The translations under genes were made by a program, and so were the position numbers. From contig NC_043009.1 of NCBI RefSeq assembly GCF_006345805.1, positions 41,974,001 to 42,038,000 of the forward strand: a DNA stretch of 64,000 nt, given 5' to 3'. Each line of letters begins with the position of its first letter. Positions within the stretch are counted from its first letter, which is position 1. Below the pieces are notes generated by a model. That model saw only the letters and a program-made list of their open reading frames with translations, did no database searches and was not told the origin of the DNA. Source of the DNA: Octopus sinensis. Its lineage: Eukaryota. This document shows, piece by piece, positions 53,471 through 64,000 of this stretch.

Positions 53471-53609
53471 AGTAACACTTAAAGACAAGTATTGTGTTTT
53501 TTAAGTAAATAATATTTTTGTCTCACCAGATGCAGTAGTTTCTTGTTGTTCTTTCTATCACATGCATATATATGTTGATTCGTTAGCTACTGCACGCATT
53601 TTTTTCTCT

Positions 53610-53775
53610 CCTTCTTTCTGTGTTTTTTCTCTCTCTGTGTATCTTTCTGTTGAAGAGCGTAGGCTCGAAACGTTAAAGACTTGTTTTATTTATATTTCCT
53701 GAGCGCCATACTAATACAATTGTTCGTTTGTTTTCCACCTGCCTTCGACTTTTGTCTATTTTCATAAAGCTTCCC

Positions 53776-53780
<5 letters not shown>
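53610..53780 (+). mobile_element. Solo pLTR-like repeat with hammerhead-like motif
   Basis: tcttt-CTGTTGA-A-GAGC gtag GCTC-GAAA-CG-TT-aaaga at 53642-53679, followed by (TA)n. Confidence 0.65.
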
Positions 53781-53820
<40 letters not shown>

Positions 53821-53838
53821 TATATATATTATATATAT

Positions 53839-53883
<45 letters not shown>

Positions 53884-53984
53884 GTATATATATATATATA
53901 TATGTACGTATATATAATATATATATATATATATATTGACGTCTAAATACCAAATACAATCGATTCACCCAACAAAAGAACTTC

Positions 53985-54075
53985 ACTAGATTTACTGTTG
54001 GCCCTCATGACAAAAGACACTGTTCCATCTGGTCTCCATATATTCGCTCAAGAATCTTGAATTCGGTCTTCCAGC
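53985..54075 (-). mobile_element. Possible hAT transposase remnant
   Basis: Reads ETRWNSVF(V)M with one frameshift, matching the hAT TRWNS motif. Very short. Confidence 0.3.
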
Positions 54076-54512
54076 TTAGCCAAAATATAATGAATAAAAA
54101 CAGGTGTTTTCTTTTAAGAACCTACTTTCAGAAAGAGTTGATAAGTCTTGTACTAGTTCCATGCATTAAAAGCTATCTAAATGTTTAAATGTTTTTGGGA
54201 AAAGTGGAACTGTAGGGGTACATACATAAATCTTTAATATTTAAGGTGCGTGTAACAAGAAATATATATTTAATAATCATCTACGACATAATTGAATGAT
54301 TTATGTTTAATTAAACTTATTTCCACGCATGATGTCATATCAGCAAACAAACATACGGAGACCTATACACACACAAACACATATACATATATAAACATGT
54401 ATACATAAATAGATGTACGATATGTATATGTATTATATATAATATATATATATATATACATATATATACAGACAGACAGACATACATACATATAAACATA
54501 CATACATATATA

Positions 54513-54543
<31 letters not shown>

Positions 54544-55053
54544 GCATGCATGTATAATATGTATGTGAGCGTGTGTTGGGTGGATGTGCATGTGTGTAAG
54601 TCACCGTGTATACATGAGAACAAATGTAATTACATAAATAACTACAATATATACACACTATACATAGCAATACACATGCTGCATGTGTAATTTTAATTAA
54701 ACGTATATAAATGATTAGCAACTTTAATTCTGCCATAATTTTTCATTTATGTTTTTCGTATATACCATTACCACCACTTGACGCACTTACTACATGCATA
54801 TAATTATATATAGCTACTCTTATACATTCTTTCACACACGCACACACACACATATATTTATACACACGCATATATACACACGCATATATATATATAACGA
54901 GAGAGAGAGAGAGAACGACAGGGGAGAGAGAGAGGGAGAGAGAGTGATGCATATATACAAATATATTTCCATACACACATATTTACGTACACATACATAT
55001 ACTCATATATTTATATATACATGTGTGTGTGTGTGCGTGTTTGTGTGTGTATA

Positions 55054-55086
<33 letters not shown>

Positions 55087-55116
55087 GTATGTTCGCGTGT
55101 GTATGTATGTACAAAA

Positions 55117-58100
55117 CCATTTATATTCAATGATCTGTTTCTAACAATACCATTCTTTTACTTCTTTTAATTGATTCAAACATTAGACTGCGGTCATACT
55201 GGAGCACCGCCTTGAATTTTAGTCGAACAAATCGACTCCATTGTTAAAAAGTAACTAATACTTTTTCTATCGTTTCTTTTGCTGAAAGGCTACATTACGA
55301 GGGAAGCAAACCCACTAGCACCAGTTGTCCGGCGGTAAAAAATGACACACAACACACACACGTTCATACATATATATGCGACGGGGCATCTTTCAGTTTC
55401 CGTCTACCAAATCCATTCACAAATCTTTGGTTGGACCAAAGCTTCAGCAGAAAAGACATTTGCCCAAGGTGCAACAGGATGGACTGAACTGGGTACAGTG
55501 TGTTTACGAAACAAACTTTCTTACACTGCTGCGCCACACCTGCGCCAATCTGTTCTATTTTTTCTTTCATATTTGAACTCTTAGTAACTCTAGACAGAAA
55601 TGTTACCCTACAGGATAACCCTATAGGCGCAGGAGTGGCTGTGTGGTAAGTAGCTTGTTTACCAACCACATGGTTCCGGGTTCAGTCCCACTGCGTGGCA
55701 CCTTGGGCAAGTTTCTTCTACTATAGCCTCGGGCGACCAATGCCTTGTGAGTGGATTTGGTAGACGGAAACTGAAAGAAGCCCGTCGTATATATTTAAAT
55801 AGATATATGTGCGTGTTTGTGTGTCTGTATTTGTCCCCCAGCATTGCTTGACACAACCGTGCTGGTGTGCTTATGTCCCCTTTACTTAGCGGTTCGCCAA
55901 AAGAGACCGATAGAATAAGTACTGGGCTTACAAAAGAATAAGTCCTTGGGTCGAATTTCCTCGATTAAAGGCGGTGCTCCAGCATGGCCGCAGTCAAATG
56001 ACTGAAACAAGTAAAAGAGTAAAAGAGTAAAAGAGTATACAGTATGCAAATGCCTCTCTTGTCTTTCTGTAAAATACCTCGCAATCATGAAGAATTTTGA
56101 TAAGAAGCATAGAATTACAAAACTCTTCGACCATTTTTGGATACGAAAAAATCCATTATATTCAATGATCTGTTTCAACAATACCATTCTTTTACTTCTT
56201 TTAATTGATTCAAACATTAGACTGCGGTCATACTGGAGCACCGCCTTGAATTTTAGTCGAACAAATCGACTCCATTGTTAAAAAGTAACTAATACTTATT
56301 CTATCGGTTTCTTTTGCTGAAAGGCTACATTACGAGGGAAGCAAACCCACTAGCACCAGTTGTCCGGCGGTAAAAGAGGACACACACACACACACGTTCA
56401 TACATGATATATGCGACGGGGCATCTTTCAGTTTCCGTCTACCAAATCCATTCACAAATCTTTGGTTGGACCAAAGCTTCAGCAGAAGACATTTGCCCAA
56501 GGTGCAACAGGATGGGACTGAACTGGGTACAGTGTGTTTACGAAACAAACTTCTTAACACTGCGCCACACCTGCGCCAATCTGTTCTATTTTTTCTTTCA
56601 TATTTGAACTCTTAGTAACTCTAGACAGAAATGTTACCCTACAGGAGTAACCCTATAGGCGCAGGAGTGGCTGTGTGGTAAGTAGCTTGTTTACCAACCA
56701 CATGGTTCCGGGTTCAGTCCCACTGCGTGGCACCTTGGGCAAGTGTCTTCTACTATAGCCTCGGGCCGACCAATGCCTTGTGAGTGGATTTGGTAGACGG
56801 AAACTGAAAGAAGCCCGTCGTATATATGTATAGATATATGTGCGTGTGTTTGTGTGTCTGTATTTGTCCCCCAGCATTGCTTGACAACCGATGCTGGTGT
56901 GCTTATGTCCCCGTTACTTAGCGGTTCGCCAAAAGAGACCGATAGAATAAGTACTGGGCTTACAAAAGAATAAGTCCTGGGGTCGAGTTCCTCGATTAAA
57001 GGCGGTGCTCCAGCATGGCCGCAGTCAAATGACTGAAACAAGTAAAAGAGTAAAAGAGTAAAAGAGTATACAGTATGCAAATGCCTCTCTTGTCTTTCTG
57101 TAAAATATCCTCGCATCATGAAGAATTTGATATAGAAGCATAGAATTACAAAACTCTTCGACCATTTTTGGATACGAAAAAATCCATTTATATTCAATGA
57201 TCTGTTTCTAACAATACCATTCTTTTACTTCTTTTAATTGATTCAAACATTAGACTGCGGTCATACTGGAGCACCGCCTTGAATTTTAGTCGAACAAATC
57301 GACTCCATTGTTAAAAAGTAACTAATACTTATTCTATCGGTTTCTTTTGCTGAAAGGCTACATTACGAGGGAAGCAAACCCACTAGCACCAGTTGTCCGG
57401 CGGTAAAAGAGGACACACACACACACACGTTCATACATGATATATGCGACGGGGCATCTTTCAGTTTCCGTCTACCAAATCCATTCACAAATCTTTGGTT
57501 GGACCAAAGCTTCAGCAGAAGACATTTGCCCAAGGTGCAACAGGATGGGACTGAACTGGGTACAGTGTGTTTACGAAACAAACTTCTTAACACAGCGCCA
57601 CACCTGCGCCAATCTGTTCTATTTTTTCTTTCATATTTGAACTCTTAGTAACTCTAGACAGAAATGTTACCCTACAGGAGTAACCCTATAGGCGCAGGAG
57701 TGGCTGTGTGGTAAGTAGCTTGTTTACCAACCACATGCTTCCGGGTTCAGTCCCACTGCGTGGCACCTTGGGCAAGTGTCTTCTACTATAGCCTCGGGCC
57801 GACCAATGCCTTGTGAGTGGATTTGGTAGACGGAAACTGAAAGAAGCCCGTCGTATATATGTATAGATATATGTGCGTGTGTTTGTGTGTCTGTATTTGT
57901 CCCCCAGCATTGCTTGACAACCGATGCTGGTGTGCTTATGTCCCCGTTACTTAGCGGTTCGGCAAAAGAGACCGATAGAATAAGTACTGGGCTTACAAAA
58001 GAATAAGTCCTGGGGTCGAGTTCCTCGGTTAAAGGCGGTGCTCCAGCATGGCCGCAGTCAAATGACTGAAACAAGTAAAAGAGTAAAAGAGTAAAAGAGT

Positions 58101-58216
58101 ATACAGTATGCAAATGCCTCTCTTGTCTTTCTGTAAAATATCCTCGCATCATGAAGAATTTGATATAGAAGCATAGAATTACAAAACTCTTCGACCATTT
58201 TTGGATACGAAAAAAT
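55117..58216. repeat. Three tandem ~1.03-kb near-identical units, each with a head-to-head SINE pair
   Basis: Units start at ~55117, ~56153 and ~57184 (ccatttatattcaatgatctg). Each has a minus-strand SINE (e.g. 55190-55546) and a plus-strand family B SINE (e.g. 55626-56035). Confidence 0.9.
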
Positions 58217-58514
58217 GCAGAAAACGTAATTACAATTACACTCAGATTGCAAGAGCTCTGACTCCATATTGGTCTGCCGTAAATGTCCTCGTTTGTTTTC
58301 GGCACATTTCGACAAAGTACTAACATCTGCTGACGAAAAAGACATACTGCTTTTGTTATGTCTCGTAGAAGAACAATATTCAATATGTTCTGTTTACAAA
58401 GCTATGTTTATTTCTCTGTTGTTAATGGCATTGTCGCTGTTCTGATAATTGAATTTGGAATTGTTGCTATTTTATGATCTAGTATTTTCCTCATTGTTGT
58501 TGTCGTCGTCGTCG

Positions 58515-58546
<32 letters not shown>

Positions 58547-58690
58547 ATTCGTGTTGTTTTGATTCTGGTAACACAGATCTGTGGATTATCCGTGGCCATC
58601 TATTCCACTGCTTCAAAATTATTTTCTTTTACGCCTAACTACGGTTTTTAAAAGAAAAAACAAAAAACCATGATGAAGGAAAAAATTAGT

Positions 58691-58692
58691 AC

Positions 58693-58786
<94 letters not shown>
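58691..58786. repeat. (TATC)n microsatellite
   Basis: Direct observation. Confidence 0.95.
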
Positions 58787-58787
<1 letters not shown>

Positions 58788-59003
58788 AGTGCATTCTTTG
58801 CACTAATTATGAAATTATATCATCTCGGCTGAATCTGTTTTAAAAGGCTTGCTTCGGGAGTTGCATACCCTCGCGTTCGATACAATGTGTTTATTATGTA
58901 GTTTTGACTTTAAGAGTCCCTCCTCGCGTGAGGCATTTATGTATATTAAGGCCCTTGATATAAATAGATATCTCTGTATATTATATATATATTATATATA
59001 TAT

Positions 59004-59057
<54 letters not shown>

Positions 59058-59089
59058 TAGATACATTGATGGATGGATTTTATTCTTTT

Positions 59090-59430
59090 ATTCTTTTATT
59101 TGTTTCAGTCATTTGACTGCAGCCATGCTGGTGCACCGCCTTCAGTCGAACAAATCTACCCAGGACTTATTCTTTCTAAGCAGAGTATTTATTCTATCGT
59201 TTAGTTTTGCCGAATCGCTAAGATACGGGCACATAAACACACCGGTTGTCAAGCGATGCTAGGGGGACAAACACAGAGACATATATATATATATGCGACA
59301 GGCTTCTTTCAGGTTTCCGCCTGCCAAATCCACTTACAAGGCTTTGGTCAGCCCTTGGGCTAGTAGTAGACACTTGGCAAAGGTTCCACACAGTGGGACT
59401 GAGCCAGCAACTGTGTGTTGGGGGAGCAAG
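59090..59430. mobile_element. SINE family B-related copy
   Basis: Same body and tail motifs as the minus-strand SINE in the tandem units (tttcagtcatttgactgc..caaatccac..cacagtgggactga). Confidence 0.6.
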
Positions 59431-60344
59431 CTCCTTATGACACACCCACAGAAAAATACATGCAAATACAAACATATATAATATGCATTCTGTATATTTT
59501 ACGTAACAGAGATATACTACAGAAAGTCACAAAGCTGCGTTATTCATTTCGAGAAAGCATCTCGTATAGTGCTAAATCGTACATGAGTGTATTAGAAGCA
59601 GTCTAAAAGCAAACAATTGTGGCGATGAAATTGCTGCATCTTGGTTTCCTCTGGTTTGTGCGTCATCGTAGATAGTAAATGCATTTCCCTCTCACTATAT
59701 ACGTACATGCAATGTGCCCGTGTATTCGACAGAAACTTGAGCAAGGCTATGAAGAAATAGGAAAGCGGGTGTAAAGTTAACTGAATATTTCTCTAGAAAA
59801 GAAATAATTTTTATACAGATTGTTGTTATTACTTCCCATTCAAACTCGCAATTAATTCTCGTAATTTGACCTGTAGTCCTGCAGTGAATATTACATTTAT
59901 AAATATGTACAACTGTATAAATACTAATTGGCCAATATTCAATGAAAAGGAAAGTATATATGCAATTTATGAAATATCATTATCAAAATAATTATTCCCC
60001 TGCTATCTTAGGCATGCGTTAAATATCTCAGCTTGGGAAACTTGAAATTCACGCGAAATTACGCCTACATCCATATATTGAATCTTAACTTACATTAACT
60101 ATTTTAATAATTGGCCAACATATAATGTAATCTATTGTGACTACATAGAATTAAAATTTCTTGCAAAATAATTGTCAAAGATTTAAACTTCATTCGTTCG
60201 TTATTTTATAATACTTGTGTCACACCAAAACTCCACCCTGTTAATAAGATTTTTGGTAAATAACCGGAAGAATTACTCAACAATAATATCGAAATTACTC
60301 AACAACAATATCCAGCCTGTATAACTGATGTCTAAGATGGGGAA

Positions 60345-60605
60345 TTTCTATAAAAAGATGATATATGCGCCCTTTTAAAGCCTAACTAGGCTCATGGGCC
60401 CGGTTTCCCGGTTTCAAGGGCGTATGTGTTCCCCAGCTGGACGGTCGCAAGTCCATCGCAACGTTACTCATTTTTGCCAGCTGAGTGGACTAGAGCAACA
60501 TGAAATGAAGTGTTTTGCTCAAGAACACAACGCGTCACCCGGTCCAGGAATCGAATCCACAATCTTACGATCATGATGCCGACACCCTAACCACTAAGCC
60601 ACGCG
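60345..60605 (-). mobile_element. tRNA-derived SINE, family D
   Basis: Minus strand begins cgcgtggcttagtggttagggtgtc..gattcgattcctgg (A- and B-box-like), followed by ttgtgttcttgagcaaaacactt. Confidence 0.75.
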
Positions 60606-60797
60606 ATCCACGATTCTATCTATGTAGAGTGGAAATTAAAATAAACACCCGTATGAATATTTAGTTCCAACGTACGTCTCAACATACTTAGATTAAATTC
60701 ATTATAGCCCTGACCATTTCAGCTTTTCTCTTTGGTTTTTCAAGCATAGTGTACCTTCTTTACATTAAAGGCATTTGAGGAAAATATGACCATTATT

Positions 60798-60976
60798 GTA
60801 TGGCGGCGAACTACCAAAAACGTTAGCACGCCGGGCGAAATGCTTAGCGGATTTCATCCGTCCATACATTCTGAGCTCAAATTCTACCAAGGTCGACTTT
60901 GCCTTCCATCATTTTGGGGTCGATAAAATTAGTACCAGTTGAATACTGGGGTCGATCTAATTGACTTGACTACTCC
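60798..60976 (+). mobile_element. SINE family A
   Basis: cgttagcacgccgggcgaaatgcttagcgg..gagctcaaatt. Confidence 0.8.
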
Positions 60977-61104
60977 TGAGGATGTGTATAAAGAACTGCA
61001 TCCCTCTGCCAAGCTATGTCGAACCAGTGTGGCAGAGTAGGCTCCTCAAACCAGTATGGTCTCAATCCATTCTATGCTGGAGAGAAGATGCTGAGGCCTT
61101 CGCC

Positions 61105-61182
61105 CTGCAGTGGAGTGAACCATTCCAATCCTGCAGTGGAGTGATCCATTCCAATCCTGCAGTGGAGTGATCCATTCCAATC
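61105..61182. repeat. 26-bp minisatellite x3
   Basis: ctgcagtggagtgatccattccaatc repeated three times (one mismatch). Confidence 0.95.
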
Positions 61183-61555
61183 CGATTCAATGTCTACCAT
61201 TAAAGCAGTCCTTGCCTCCTTGTAGGCTCTTGAGGATGATAAAGCTAATGACAATAAAGTATGTACGAGATATACCTCCTGATCTATTTGAAAAAAAATG
61301 TAATTTGTGTCAGACTGTAACCCAAAATACATGCTTTAACCTTAAGCTTTACTCTTAACGAGCAGAGCCTTAAGATCTAAGGCAGGCCAGCTATGACCAT
61401 TCTAGCTGTCTACGGATATCTAAGATTATTTTATTCAATAGCTTTTCGCTCTTAAAGGCGATCGGTTGGTAGAGAGATTTAAAGTATATCAAGCTTCTAT
61501 TTCCTGCAGATTGTGCTACGATGTCAAGATTTCTCTGAAGGATGAAGGCTTGTAC

Positions 61556-61556
<1 letters not shown>

Positions 61557-61587
<31 letters not shown>

Positions 61588-61622
61588 AAAAAGAATTTGT
61601 AGTAGTAGTAGTAGTAGTAATG

Positions 61623-61699
<77 letters not shown>

Positions 61700-61700
61700 A
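61557..61700. repeat. (AGT)n microsatellite
   Basis: Direct observation. Confidence 0.9.
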
Positions 61701-61922
61701 CAGCAGCAGCAGCTGCCGTTGAGTAGCCCGTTGTGAACCCTTGAGCAGAACATTTAAAGCGGTACGATAAGTCAGATTAACGTTCAGGCGCGCCCAGAAA
61801 TCTTGATATATACCAAGCCTCTGGCCATCTAACAAGTGCACAGTTAGACAAGAAGTGGATAATCATTCATTGCGATTGCCGTGTAACAGTCTGGACAAGC
61901 AAGTACTATAGCCCATATATAC

Positions 61923-61980
<58 letters not shown>

Positions 61981-64000
61981 GCGTGTGTATATCTATGCAT
62001 ATGCATGTATATGTATATACATTATAGTGTAAGGTAATGTGTAGGATCGTTGAGGTGTTGCATTTAACGCAACACAATAAACGTTGATTCAAAGGCGAAT
62101 ATGTTGACTTAAAGTGACCTTTTTGCTAACACTGAGCAGCCTTATAATCGCAGTGTTATCATAAAATAGTCAGTAGGCTCTGATGAACCGAATTTACCAG
62201 GCATTTACAATTTCCGATTGCTATTATTTCACTTCAGTAACGCTCATCTTTCTTGTAATAACTCTCTTCCTGCTCTCTTCGTTTACAATGTAACACTAAT
62301 CAGCTTTCAATTGATTTATAGTTAATTGTGTATTTATTCTCATTGTGTTTATTAGCGTTGATGAAGTCAAATAGAGTTATTTGTGTGTTTGTTTATCCCT
62401 TACGCCGTTGGTGATAGATAAAGGTAAACGCTTGCCACTTTAACATCCGTCATAATTAAATTGGATTAGACTTTCGCTGGTTGTTGAATGAACTGTGTTT
62501 CTTTCTTCTTTCTATAACAAAAATGTATAGTAGATAGGAGCGGAGAGGTGTGGTGGAATGAGAGAAGGAAGAACTAAGAATTAAAGCAACTCGCATTTTA
62601 TTCCATTTAGCTGCCTGTGAAATTGCTTTGTTTAAAAGATAAAAGCAAACGAAATTATATTTCTTTAAGTATTTTTATATTCATTGTTGCTTTATTCAAA
62701 AATATCTTCGTTCGAATGCTTTTATAAAATTGCATTGTTTGTTATTTTATGAAGAACACGTTTTATATAGCAATTATATTTATTATCTAATCTAGAGTCA
62801 ATCAATAATGTCAATTTTCTACATAATTGGTTATTGGTTTTATCGATTATTCTACTTTACAACGACGTTATTGTTACCGTTGGAGAGAAAGAGTAAAGAG
62901 ATAATGATTAGCTTACAAAATGGCTTCATTGTTCGGTGTCAAATAATAGGTCTTAGGTGAAAAAAAGAACATCCTTGTGAAATTAGAAGATATCAAGTAT
63001 TTATTTATTGAAGAACATAATAAAGAAAGCTTCAACTAATGATAATTGTTGTCACCTTTTAGCATTTAATATCTCTTTTTTTAAATTTTTTGAAAAACTT
63101 CTTTTTGTTTGTTTTTATTTCCTTTTTATATATTCTCATTGTTCTGCTCTTCTATAATATTTATTTGCCTATTTTTTCGAATAATTTCTCTGGATTAAAC
63201 TGGATGATTTATTATTTCAAATTACAGTGGTTTTTCGCATGAATATTTATACGATTATAGAAGAAAAGAAAGAGATTCTATGGCGTTCATACTTTTTTCT
63301 CAAATGTATTAACGACCGAGACAATTGTCCCCAAGAGATAACCTCTACACGATCGCTGATAATTGTATCCATGTACCCTCAAATCTCACCCAACATTAAA
63401 AAAAAAACGGAAGAAAATATTGAAGAGGGTAGTACAAGATAGGCAAAGCAAACAGAGATGATGGTTACAATTGGAACATATTTGACCAAAGGTGTGCTGC
63501 ATAAGGGATGACCGGGAGCTAAATAACAGCAATATTTGAAAAGACCTCCAGCCCCTAAGCAATCACTAGACAAGTTATAAATATCAATGAAATCTATCTG
63601 AAATCAAATTCTTCTAAATATGAAAAGGAAGTCTATGTTGAATAAAGTAGTTCTGAATACACTAAATCTGAAAGAACAAATACAAAGCAAAATCAAAAAC
63701 CACATTGTCACAACAGAAAGGTCATTAGCTATAGATTTGCTTAACCATCGTTAATGTGAGGTTAAAAAACAACAATAACTTCAGCTCCATTATAGCAAAT
63801 TAGTTGCTTTGCTATTTTTATCAATATGATAGTGAAAAAGCATTGTCTCTTAAAGTGAACTAATTATCTGTGTTTCATTATAGACAATTTAAATGAAAAG
63901 TAGCTTGATCTTCCTATACGAGCAATTATCAAACCTGAGACTTTAGCGATTGAAAATAGGAGTGATCAGCAAGACTTTTGATCGCGATACATACATACCT

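Noticed and set aside
61105-61182. CRISPR-like repeat
   Set aside because: There are no spacers, the context is eukaryotic, and no cas genes are present.

Overview
AT-rich, microsatellite-saturated eukaryotic DNA. The tRNA-derived SINE families look like those of octopus, which is my inference from repeat recognition. I could not confidently identify a host protein-coding gene, and most long ORFs in the track are translations of (TA)n, (CA)n or (ATT)n repeats. The main content is mobile DNA. (1) A roughly 7.1-kb minus-strand Penelope-like retroelement (5761-12881, Neptune-type RT + Cys-rich linker + GIY-YIG) has about 860-bp direct pseudo-LTRs, a 2.2-kb CA-rich 3' tract and hammerhead-like motifs. 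(2) At least five further short repeats carry minimal hammerhead-like motifs with non-canonical cores. (3) A near full-length R4/Dong-type RLE LINE (19261-23278) and a truncated relative both abut (TAA)n. (4) There are Tx1/L1 and RTE fragments, a Helitron-like element, MITEs and many SINEs. Structural oddities include a perfect 408-bp palindrome, a foldback plus tandem 480-bp array, and a 3 x 1.03-kb tandem duplication. Frequent homopolymer indels suggest a noisy long-read consensus, so frameshifts and some palindromes or duplications may be assembly artefacts.
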